From Candidatus Eiseniibacteriota bacterium (GTDB taxonomy: Bacteria > Eisenbacteria > RBG-16-71-46 > CAIMUX01 > VGJL01), in assembly GCA_041946735.1 (NCBI GenBank), contig JBHGAY010000039.1, positions 1 through 34,600 of the forward strand: 34,600 nucleotides of DNA, in the 5' to 3' direction. The notes beneath the pieces were generated by a model. It saw nothing but the letters and a program-made list of their open reading frames with translations, had not been told where the DNA came from and made no database searches. Shown in pieces: positions 26,968 through 34,600 of the stretch. Each line of letters begins with the position of its first letter. The first letter of the stretch is position 1. The translations under genes were made by a program, and so were the position numbers.

Positions 26968-28352
26968 GCCGGCTCCTTGCCTTCGCGCTGGCGCGTCACG
27001 AGGTCCCGCATCTCCGACATCGAGATCATCGGCAGGAACCGCAGGAACAGGAACATCAGGAAGGCGAACATTCCCAGGGTGCCGGCGAACGTCATCCAGT
27101 CCCAGATCGTCGGCTTGTACAGTCCCCAGGAGGACGGCAGGAAATCGCGGTGCAGGCTCGTGATGACGATCACGTAGCGCTCGAGCCACATCCCGGTGTT
27201 GATGAGCAGCGAGACGAGGAAGAGCAGTCCGACGCTGCGCCGCACGCGCGGCCACCAGAGCGCCTGCGCGACCCCGACGTTGCACAGCATCATCATCCAG
27301 AAGGCCGGGCCGTAGGGACCGAGCGCGCGATTCTCGACGAGGAAGCGCTCGAATCGGTTCGCGCTGTACCAGGCCATGAACAGCTCATTCGCATAGCCGT
27401 ACGCGACGATCAGCCCGCTCGCGAGCATCAGCTTCGCCATGTTGTCCAGATGCTCGACCGTGATCATGTCCTCGAGCCGGTAGTACTTCCGCACCGGGAT
27501 CGTGACCGTCAGGACCATCGCGAAGCCGGAGAAGAGCGCGCCCGCCACGAAGTAGGGTGGGAAGATCGTCGAGTGCCAACCGGGCAGCAGCGACACGGCG
27601 AAGTCGAACGACACGATCGTGTGGACCGAGACGACGAGCGGCGTCGCGAGCGCGGCGACGAGCAGGTAGATCGTCTCGTACCGGCTCCAGTGGGAGGCGG
27701 CGTTCCGCCATCCGAGCGCCCCGAGCCCGTAGAAGAACCGCACGACGCGGTGCCGCGCGCGATCCCGCATCGTCGCGAGATCGGGGAGCATCCCGATGTA
27801 CCAGAAGAGCAGCGAGACGGTCGCGTAGGTCGAGACCGCGAAGAAGTCCCACACGAGAGGCGAGCGGAATTGCGGCCAGACCCCGAACGTCGTCGGATAC
27901 GGGATCAGCCAGAAGAAGAACCAGGGCCGTCCGAGGTGCAGGATCGGGAACAGCGCCGCCTGCGCGACCGCGAAGAGGGTGATCGCCTCGGCGAAGCGAT
28001 TGATCGAGGTGCGCCAGGTCTGACGCATCAGGAGCAGGATGGCGGAGATCAGCGTCCCGGCGTGGCCGATCCCGATCCACCAGACGAAGTTGACGATCGC
28101 GAACCCCCAGGCGACCGGGATGTCGATGCCCCATACGCCCACGCCGCGCACGAAAAGGACGGTGACGGCCGTCGTCAGCCCCATCACGAGCAGGAAGGCG
28201 ATTCCCGCGCCGATCCACCAGCCGCGCGGCGTCCCGCGCTGCAGGACGACGCCGGCGATCTTCGCCGTGACCGAGAGGATCGTGTGGCCGGGAGCGAGGA
28301 AGGTGTCGACCTGCTCCGCCTCGCGCTCCTCTACCGGGCGCCGCCGCGCCAC
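26964..28352 (-). CDS. actC: Alternative complex III quinol-oxidising membrane subunit ActC (NrfD/PsrC family)
   Basis: NFVWWIGIGHAGTLISA, INRFAEA, HLGRPW, SPLVWDFFAVSTY, SVHTIVSFDFA, WHSTIFPPYFVAGA and GMWLERYVI. Confidence 0.97.
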   Translation of the reverse strand: MARRRPVEEREAEQVDTFLAPGHTILSVTAKIAGVVLQRGTPRGWWIGAGIAFLLVMGLTTAVTVLFVRGVGVWGIDIPVAWGFAIVNFVWWIGIGHAGTLISAILLLMRQTWRTSINRFAEAITLFAVAQAALFPILHLGRPWFFFWLIPYPTTFGVWPQFRSPLVWDFFAVSTYATVSLLFWYIGMLPDLATMRDRARHRVVRFFYGLGALGWRNAASHWSRYETIYLLVAALATPLVVSVHTIVSFDFAVSLLPGWHSTIFPPYFVAGALFSGFAMVLTVTIPVRKYYRLEDMITVEHLDNMAKLMLASGLIVAYGYANELFMAWYSANRFERFLVENRALGPYGPAFWMMMLCNVGVAQALWWPRVRRSVGLLFLVSLLINTGMWLERYVIVITSLHRDFLPSSWGLYKPTIWDWMTFAGTLGMFAFLMFLFLRFLPMISMSEMRDLVTRQREGKEPA

Positions 28353-28353
28353 C

Positions 28354-31300
28354 TCAGCCCTCCCCGGGCGCCGCCGACGCTCCGGCCGGCGGCGGCGGCG
28401 GCGTGGACGGCGCGGCCGTCGCCGACGAGGTGGACGCCACCTCGAGCGCCGGGTTCGGATTGCGCACGGCGGCGAGATAGGTCGTGCGGGGCTGCGTGCC
28501 CAGCTCGGCGAGCAGCGAGTAGTTGCGCGGGTCGAGCTTGCGCGCGCGCACGCGCGACGACCGGTCGTTCAGATCGCCGAAGACGATCGCCTCGGAGGGG
28601 CAGGCGGCCGCGCAGGCGGTGGTGAACTCGCCGTCGCGGATCCGCCGGCCCTCCCTCTGTGCCTGGATGCGCGCGCGGTCGATCCGTTGCACGCAGTACG
28701 TGCACTTCTCCATGACCCCGCGGGTGCGCACCGTCACGTCCGGATTCCAGAGCAGCTGCTTCAGCTCGGCCGAATAGTCGGTGTAGGTGAGGAAGTTGAA
28801 GCGCCGGACCTTGTACGGGCAGTTGTTCGAGCAGTAGCGGGTCCCGATGCAGCGGTTGTACACCATCTGGTTCAGGCCCTCGTCGGAGTGCGTCGTCGCG
28901 GCCACGGGACACACCGGCTCGCACGGCGCCTTCTCGCACTGCATGCAAGGGACCGGCTGGAAGGCCGCGGCGGGATTCTCCGGCGTTCCCTCGTAATAGA
29001 CGTCGACGCGGATCCAGTGCATCTCGCGCTCGCGCAGCACCTGCTCGCGCCCAACGACCGGGATGTTGTTCTCCGACTGGCACGCGAGCACGCAGGCGCC
29101 GCACCCGATGCACGCGCTCTCGTCGATCGTCATCCCCCACCGGTATCCGTCGTAGGCGTACTCGGGGTAGAGCGTCTCTTCCGGCTCGACGACGAGATCC
29201 GTCCCGCCACCCGCGGCGGCAGCTCTCCGCTCCCCCGGCTCGCTCGACCGTGCCGCGCTCAAGGCTTCCGAAGCGGTGAGCACGCGCACGATCTCGCGGC
29301 CCTCCATCCGCTGGTGCGGCTGCGTCGAGGCCATCTTCGTCCTGCCGCCCGCCTTCTCCGCCGCGAGGCCGACCGCGAACGCGAGGCTTCCCGCCGGCCG
29401 CAAGGGATAGACGTCGACGCCCACGCCGTCGCCCGTCTGGCCGGCGCGCGTGCGGCCGAAGCCGCAGTGCACGAGGACCGTCCCGCCGGCCTGCCCCGGC
29501 TGGATCCAGACGGGCAGTGTCGCTTCGCGTCCGCCGAGGATGAGCCGCAGATGGTCCCCCGCGCGCACGTCGAGGCGCTCGGCGAGCGCGGGCCCGAGGA
29601 TCGCGGCGTTGCCCCAGGTGAGCTTCGTCATCGGCTTCGGCAGCTCCTGCAGCCAGGCGCTGTTCGCGAAGCGTCCGTCGTGGATGCGCGGATCGGGGCG
29701 GAAGAGGATCTCGAGCGCGCCTCGCTCGCCGCCCGCGCTCGCCGTCGCGGATGGCGGCGGCGCGGAGAGCGACGACGCCGGCACGGAGATCGGAGGCATC
29801 TCCGTCCCCGGAACGACACCGGCGCGCAACGCCTCGCGCCACATCCGCTCGAAGGCAGCGCCCCCCGCGACCGGCGCCGCCACCGCAGCCGCCGCCCCCG
29901 CGGCTGCCCCCGCGGTCGCCCCAACGTCGCCCGCCGCCGCCATCCAGGTCTGCCGCACGAGCGCGTGGCCGTCCGGCTGCGGGTCGCCGGTGAGCCAGGC
30001 TGTCGCCTCGATCGCCGTCCATCCGCCGTAGAGCGGCGAGATCATCGGCTGGACGATGGTGACCGTCCCGTCGACCGCTCGCTCGTCGCCCCACGACTCC
30101 AGCGGATGAGCGAGCGGAACCTGCCACTGGCAGCGCGAGGCGGTCTCGTCCGGGTAGAGCGAGAAGGCGATCGAGATCCCCGCGCGCTCGATCGCCGCCC
30201 CGACGTCGAGCTCGCGCGGCGCGTCGTAGACCGGATTCGATCCGAGCACCGCGAGGATCGCGACCGATCCGCCCCGCAGGTCGTCGAGCAGCGCGCGGAG
30301 CGACTCGACCGGGCCGCCGGGGCCCCCGGCCGCGTCGATCACCGGGGGATACAACAGGACGGTGGAGCCTAGGTTGCCGAGCCGCTCGTTCATCGCGAGG
30401 GCGAGGGCGTGCACTTCGGGACTCTGATGCTCGCCGGCGATCACGATCGCGCGCCCCGCGGAGGCGCGTAGATCCTCGGCGACCGCCGCGATCCACCCCT
30501 CGTCGATCCCCGGGGGCGCCGCCGTCCCCTCCGCGCCGGGCACTCCGAGACGCGCCGCCAGGGCCCGCGCGAACGGCTCGATCCGCGACGGAGGAAGCGC
30601 GAGGCGATGGTCCGCCTTCGCGCCGGTGTTCGTCATCGCGCTCTCGACAGCGTAGAGCCGCGACATCCCTCCCGGCGCCCCTCCCGGCGCCCCTCCCGCC
30701 GTCCGTCCTGACTCGCGCTCCGCCGCATCGATCGCGCGCGACTGCGCGAAGCGCCGCGCGTTGGCGAGGCGGGCCGGTCCTTCCATCAGGAAATCGGAAT
30801 CGATCGCGAGGATCGTCGAGGCGCGATCGAACCGGTAGAGGATCTCGCGCGGCTCGCCGAACGCCAGGCGCGACCCCTGAAGCGGGCCCCACCGCGGAAA
30901 CGGATCCCACACGTGCCAGCGCGCGCCGGGAAGCGCCGCCAGAAGCCCGGCGCGCAGCCGTCGCAACGTCGGGGAGCCGATCGGTCCGCTCAGGATGCGC
31001 AGGCCCGCTCCCCCGCGCGACCGCTCACGCCGCAGCGGCCCCGACATCTCCTCCCGGAAGACGTCCCACGTCTCGAGCGCGCCTCCACGCGTCACCGTCT
31101 GCAACCGGTCGGGATCGTAGAGCGAGAGGACGGTGGAAAGGGTCAGCGGATCGATCGCCCCGCGCGACACGGGATGGTCGGGATTGCCCTCGAGGCGCAC
31201 CGGCCGTCCCTCGCGCGTCTCGGCGAGAACTCCGACGCCGTAGCCTCCGAGCTCGATCGCCGTCGAGAAGTAGACGCGCTCGCCCGGAACGTGCGCCTCC

Positions 31301-31554
31301 GGTGTCCGCACCGGCGGGACGAACCAACCCCGTCCGGATCCCTCGCCTCCCCCACAGCCCGCGAGCCCCGCCATCGCCGCCGTGGCGCCGAGCCATTGGA
31401 GGAAGCCGCGCCGATCGATCGCCGCCGGACCGAGCGTCGCCCTGGAGAACTCCGCAGCCTGCTCCAGCCTCTCCGCCGCCTTCTCCTGCGGCCTCTCCGC
31501 CGCCGCCTGCTCCTCGAGCGTCCTCCAGAAGCGCCTCGACTCGCCCGCGCGCAT
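28354..31554 (-). CDS. actB: Alternative complex III subunit ActB (molybdopterin-oxidoreductase-like domain fused to Fe-S domain)
   Basis: FWRTLEE leader, Tat motif DRRGFL followed by AGC; EGNPDHP, LYDPDR, WLQELPKP; Fe-S motifs CIGCGACVLAC, CMQCEKAPCEPVCP, CIGTRYCSNNCP and KCTYC...CAAACP. Alternative start ATG at 31605. Confidence 0.96.
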   Translation of the reverse strand: MRAGESRRFWRTLEEQAAAERPQEKAAERLEQAAEFSRATLGPAAIDRRGFLQWLGATAAMAGLAGCGGGEGSGRGWFVPPVRTPEAHVPGERVYFSTAIELGGYGVGVLAETREGRPVRLEGNPDHPVSRGAIDPLTLSTVLSLYDPDRLQTVTRGGALETWDVFREEMSGPLRRERSRGGAGLRILSGPIGSPTLRRLRAGLLAALPGARWHVWDPFPRWGPLQGSRLAFGEPREILYRFDRASTILAIDSDFLMEGPARLANARRFAQSRAIDAAERESGRTAGGAPGGAPGGMSRLYAVESAMTNTGAKADHRLALPPSRIEPFARALAARLGVPGAEGTAAPPGIDEGWIAAVAEDLRASAGRAIVIAGEHQSPEVHALALAMNERLGNLGSTVLLYPPVIDAAGGPGGPVESLRALLDDLRGGSVAILAVLGSNPVYDAPRELDVGAAIERAGISIAFSLYPDETASRCQWQVPLAHPLESWGDERAVDGTVTIVQPMISPLYGGWTAIEATAWLTGDPQPDGHALVRQTWMAAAGDVGATAGAAAGAAAAVAAPVAGGAAFERMWREALRAGVVPGTEMPPISVPASSLSAPPPSATASAGGERGALEILFRPDPRIHDGRFANSAWLQELPKPMTKLTWGNAAILGPALAERLDVRAGDHLRLILGGREATLPVWIQPGQAGGTVLVHCGFGRTRAGQTGDGVGVDVYPLRPAGSLAFAVGLAAEKAGGRTKMASTQPHQRMEGREIVRVLTASEALSAARSSEPGERRAAAAGGGTDLVVEPEETLYPEYAYDGYRWGMTIDESACIGCGACVLACQSENNIPVVGREQVLREREMHWIRVDVYYEGTPENPAAAFQPVPCMQCEKAPCEPVCPVAATTHSDEGLNQMVYNRCIGTRYCSNNCPYKVRRFNFLTYTDYSAELKQLLWNPDVTVRTRGVMEKCTYCVQRIDRARIQAQREGRRIRDGEFTTACAAACPSEAIVFGDLNDRSSRVRARKLDPRNYSLLAELGTQPRTTYLAAVRNPNPALEVASTSSATAAPSTPPPPPAGASAAPGEG

Positions 31555-31607
31555 TGCCTCTCCCGCTCCCCCTTCCTCTTCCGCTTCCTCTTCCACGCCT
31601 TCCATCC

Positions 31608-32258
31608 CTACCGATGACAGACGGAGCAGTCCGTCTTCCTCTGGATGTCGTAGCGGCGCACCAGCTCGCGTCCCATCGCCTCCCGGTCGCGCGGCGGCGT
31701 CCAGTCCATCTGGAAGACCGCCTCGCGCGGCCGCACGTACTTCTCCGGATTCCGGTGGCAGTCCAGGCAGAACGGCATGCGGAGCGTCTCCGCCTTCCAG
31801 AGGAGCGGCATCCGATCGACGCGCCCGTGGCACTCCGCGCAGCCGATCCCCTTTCGAATGTGAATGCTGTGATCGAAATAGACGAAATCGGCGATCCGCG
31901 CGACCCGCTTCCACTGGAGCGGCTGATCCTCCCGCCAGCTTCGCCGCACCGGCTCGAGCATTTCGCTCCGCAGCCAGATCTGGCTGTGGCAGTTCATGCA
32001 GGTCTGGGTGCTCGGCATCCCCGCGAAGGAGGAGGTCTCGACGGTCGTGTGGCAGTAGCGGCAGTCGAACCCTTCCTCGCCGACGTGATGCGCATGGCTG
32101 AACGGGATCGGCTGATCGACCGGAACACCCACGTCCGTCGCGTAGCTCGAGTCCTGCAGCATCAAGAGGAAGGCGAACAGGCCGACGATCGCGAGCAGAA
32201 AGCCGAAGACGACGACCCGCGTAACCGCGTTCCAGGAAGGCTGAAAGAGCTGCGGCAT
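31608..32258 (-). CDS. actA: Alternative complex III pentaheme cytochrome c ActA
   Basis: N-terminal TM helix, QPIPFSH and five CxxCH motifs (CRYCH, CMNCH, CAECH, CLDCH, CSVCH); GGAGG SD. Confidence 0.96.
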   Translation of the reverse strand: MPQLFQPSWNAVTRVVVFGFLLAIVGLFAFLLMLQDSSYATDVGVPVDQPIPFSHAHHVGEEGFDCRYCHTTVETSSFAGMPSTQTCMNCHSQIWLRSEMLEPVRRSWREDQPLQWKRVARIADFVYFDHSIHIRKGIGCAECHGRVDRMPLLWKAETLRMPFCLDCHRNPEKYVRPREAVFQMDWTPPRDREAMGRELVRRYDIQRKTDCSVCHR

Positions 32259-32677
32259 GGACCTCCGTTCGTCTCTCGCCTCCTCCGCACCCCTTGCACA
32301 TTCGCCGGTGCCGGCGGTTCGCGCCGCAGAATCCGGAGGAAGCGGCCGGATCTCGTGGTCCAGCCAAGTGGCGTTCGCGCCGAACGCAAGGTGAGTGGCC
32401 GGGCCTTCCGCTCCGATCCATCTTTCACAATCTAACGCTACGCTCTCCTCACTGTAGAAACCGAGGCGCGAACGAGAAAGCCGATTCTGCGCCGCCGTCC
32501 ATTACATTCCGGCAAGGCGGCGCCTCCTTGCCCGCGCTTCCTAGCCGCGCGATTCTTGCCCTGTCGGACGCGCCTTGCACGGCGACACCCGGTCCGGCCC
32601 GACCCGCAGCGATGGCTCCGCCCCGTCGAGCCGCCGAGCCTGTTCGAGCCCTTCCCATGCGATCGACTCACGACGCC

Positions 32678-32802
32678 ATGCCCGCCGGAGCCGGACGTCG
32701 ACACGCGCAGGCTCGAGAAGGCGCTGCGCCGCGCGATCGACGGGGAGGTCCGTTTCGATGGCCGGCGACCTCCTCGCACGCGCGCTTCGCGGGCGGTCGT
32801 AG
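32678..32802 (+). pseudogene. Probable relic of an FAD-binding/Fe-S oxidoreductase gene
   Basis: Frame 32682-32759 reads PPEPDVDTRRLEKALRRAIDGEVRFD, resembling the N-terminus of GlcD/YdiJ-like FAD-linked oxidases, then loses similarity; the nearest ATG (32678) is out of frame. Confidence 0.45.
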
Positions 32803-32823
32803 TCGCAGTCGCAGTCGGTCCCG

Positions 32824-32879
32824 CGCTCCCCGCTCCCCGCTCCGCGCTCCCCGCTCAGCGCTCAGCGCTCGGCGCTCAA
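32824..32879. repeat. Heptamer tandem array, 8 x CGCTCNN
   Basis: cgctccc cgctccc cgctccg cgctccc cgctcag cgctcag cgctcgg cgctcaa; preceded by GTCGNN hexamers at 32796-32819. Confidence 0.9.
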
Positions 32880-33019
32880 GCCGGCTCCGGACGATCGTTC
32901 CTCTCGACGTCCGGGGCCGAATCGCGCACTCTCGCACGTTTCGTTCTCCGTCGTGCGCCTCGTACCTCACGGATGATGGGAGCCGCGCTTCATTGGGAGT
33001 CGCTCCCCGAGGAGGTTCC

Positions 33020-34513
33020 ATGCACCGCCGAGCCAACCGCCCCTCGTTCCTCGCGTCCTGCCGCGTCGCCGCCGCCGCTGCCGCCGCCGGCGCCGGCACC
33101 ACCACGGCACTCGCCGCCGCCTCCAGCCTCGCCCTCTTCCTCGCCCTCGCCCTCGCCCTCCCCCTCGCCGCGATCGGATGCCTCCCCTCCGTCGCGGCCG
33201 CGGAGGACTTCTGGCTGGACACCTTCGCCGATCAAGGCGCCGATGCCCGCGTCCTCTCCCTCGGCACCTACGCGGGCAGCCTGGTCGCCGGCGGGGACTT
33301 CGTCACGCTCGGCTCCACGCCGGCCTCGCACGTCGCGCGCTGGGACGGCGCCGCGTGGTCGCCGCTCGGAACGGGCACGGACGATGCCGTGCGCGCGCTG
33401 CACGTGCACGACGACGGCTATCTCTATGCGGGAGGGGAGTTCAACCAGGCGGGCGGGATGCCGGCCAGCCGCATCGCTCGCTGGGACGGCTTGCAGTGGC
33501 AACCCGTGGGGACCGGAACGGGCGGCAACGTCCTCTGCATCACGAGCTATGCGGGAGACCTGATCGCCGGCGGCGTCTTCAACCGCGCGGGAGAGGACTC
33601 CGCCGCCTCCGACATCGCACGCTGGGACGGAAGCGCGTGGCACCGGCTGGGCACGGGGCTAAATGGTCCGGCCGAGACCATGACCGTCTACAACGGAGAC
33701 CTGATCGTCGGCGGCTACTTCCACACGGCGGGCGGCGACACAGCGAACTGCATCGCGCGCTGGGACGGCACGAGCTGGCACTCGCTCGGCCTCGGCTTCA
33801 ACACCTCCGTCTGCGTCGTGACGGTCTGGAACGACGTGCTGATCGCGGGCGGGTACTTCACCGTCTCCGGCGCCGACTCCGCGCACTACATCGCCGCCTG
33901 GGACGGAACGCGGTGGTCGCCTCTCGGTCCCACCCCCGGAGCGGACAGCTACGTGATGGGTCTCGCCACCTACAATGGCGACCTGATCGCGGGCGGCCTG
34001 TTCGAGGAGATCGGCGGCGAGGAGGCGGACTACATCGCTCGCTTCGACGGCTCGTCCTGGCACGCGATGGGGCCGGGGCTCGACGACTGGCTCTGGGGAA
34101 TGACGGTCTGGGGGGACGGCCTCTACGCCGGCGGCGAGTTCCTGCACGCGGGCGGGAAGCCGGCCGCCTACATCGCGAACTGGGGACCGCTGCCCGCCGC
34201 CTCCGTGCCGCCGGGCTCCGGCGCGCTCGCCCTCGGCAGGAGCCTCACCGTCTGGCCCAATCCGGCCCGCGCCGGGCGCCAGGTCACGCTCCTCTCCCGT
34301 CTCGCAGCCGCCGGCCCGCTATCGCTGACGGTGCACGACGCCACCGGCCGGCGCGTCGCGTCGCTGGTTCGAGGCGAAGCGCCGGCCGGGGAGAGTCGCT
34401 ACGAGTGGGACGGCCGGGGCGACGACGGACGTCGCTTGCCGCGCGGCAGCTACTTCGTGCGCATGCGCACGGCGGCCGGGGAGAGCTCGGCAAGCGTCTC
34501 GCTGCTTCCCTGA
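33020..34513 (+). CDS. Secreted beta-propeller repeat protein with C-terminal FlgD/T9SS-like Ig domain
   Basis: GAGGAGG SD; long signal peptide; seven ~47-aa repeats L-x-[AV]GG-x-F...IARWDG-xx-W-xx-LG; tail PNP...DATGRRV...WDGRGDDGRRLPRGSYFVR; 497 aa. Confidence 0.85.
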   Translation: MHRRANRPSFLASCRVAAAAAAAGAGTTTALAAASSLALFLALALALPLAAIGCLPSVAAAEDFWLDTFADQGADARVLSLGTYAGSLVAGGDFVTLGSTPASHVARWDGAAWSPLGTGTDDAVRALHVHDDGYLYAGGEFNQAGGMPASRIARWDGLQWQPVGTGTGGNVLCITSYAGDLIAGGVFNRAGEDSAASDIARWDGSAWHRLGTGLNGPAETMTVYNGDLIVGGYFHTAGGDTANCIARWDGTSWHSLGLGFNTSVCVVTVWNDVLIAGGYFTVSGADSAHYIAAWDGTRWSPLGPTPGADSYVMGLATYNGDLIAGGLFEEIGGEEADYIARFDGSSWHAMGPGLDDWLWGMTVWGDGLYAGGEFLHAGGKPAAYIANWGPLPAASVPPGSGALALGRSLTVWPNPARAGRQVTLLSRLAAAGPLSLTVHDATGRRVASLVRGEAPAGESRYEWDGRGDDGRRLPRGSYFVRMRTAAGESSASVSLLP

Positions 34514-34526
34514 CCTCCGGCGGCGC

Positions 34527-34600
34527 TCAGTCCTCCTCCTTCTCCTGGCGCGGCGCGATGCGCTCGCCGAAGCGCTCGATGATGCGGTTGCCGAGCAGCC
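34527..34600 (-). CDS. 3' end of an unidentified gene running off the window
   Basis: Minus frame reads ...LLGNRIIERFGERIAPRQEKEED-stop (TGA at 34529-34527) with GC3-rich codon usage like the other genes. Confidence 0.55.
   Translation of the reverse strand, partial: LLGNRIIERFGERIAPRQEKEED

Noticed and set aside
424..30910. Many long antisense or alternate-frame ORFs (e.g. 15150..18527 -, 26454..28625 +, 28039..30372 +, 28331..30910 -, 7813..10008 +)
   Set aside because: They shadow well-supported genes, have Arg/Pro/Gly-rich or antisense-typical composition and no motifs; expected from stop-codon scarcity at high GC.
28354..31554. Catalytic molybdoenzyme (e.g. polysulfide or nitrate reductase)
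   Set aside because: Context and fusion to the Fe-S domain identify ActB, whose molybdopterin-like domain is known to lack the cofactor; no N-terminal Fe-S Cys motif is present.
32413..32434. Rex or CRP/FNR site upstream of actA (TTCACAA)
   Set aside because: Only one half-site is present; the other half matches neither TTGTGAA, TGTGA nor TTGAT. The nearby TCTACA-N18-TAGATT promoter candidate is too weak to call.
33035..33055. Tat signal in the beta-propeller protein (NRPSFL)
   Set aside because: It lacks the twin arginine at the consensus position, and proteins with such tails normally use Sec.
33280..34190. CRISPR-like or mobile repeat suggested by recurring cgctgggacgg
   Set aside because: The recurrences are in-frame codons of the RWDG motif in protein repeats with ~140-nt period, not repeat-spacer units.
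4834..34513. Apparent long N-terminal extensions or fusions in ORFs 4834..7101, 7153..9075, 12103..12981, 14769..18584, 19267..21114, 23894..25576, 28354..32421 and 32294..34513
   Set aside because: The extensions overlap neighbouring real genes in another frame or run through intergenic DNA; internal starts with SD or 4-nt overlaps explain each gene.

Overview
High-GC bacterial chromosomal window (roughly 70% GC by eye). It holds about 27 complete genes, one gene end at the right edge and one probable gene relic; I found no rRNA, tRNA, CRISPR array or transposase. Left to right: (1) two translationally coupled CNNM/HlyC-CorC paralogues, divergent from a ppiD-like chaperone, a Wzx-type flippase and a FemAB-like GNAT; (2) a minus-strand three-gene cassette of secreted proteins: a C25 (gingipain/PorU-family) peptidase homologue lacking the usual catalytic His, an NPP1/Vps62-like HEHDWE protein, and an unknown exported protein, the first two ending in T9SS-type-A/FlgD-like tails; (3) an ArsR-family regulator divergent from a TolC-MFP-RND-DUF2892(YgaP)-PII-like operon; (4) a complete alternative complex III operon (actA-G) coupled to an A2-type caa3 cytochrome c oxidase and followed by a DUF6335-like gene, with no SCO gene; (5) a short relic of an FAD-linked oxidase gene, heptamer repeat arrays and a secreted 7-repeat beta-propeller protein with a FlgD/T9SS-like tail. 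High GC plus these tails suggests an FCB-related candidate lineage such as Ca. Eisenbacteria, which is inference only. All family assignments come from motif recognition, not database searches, and many start codons were moved from those in the supplied ORF track.
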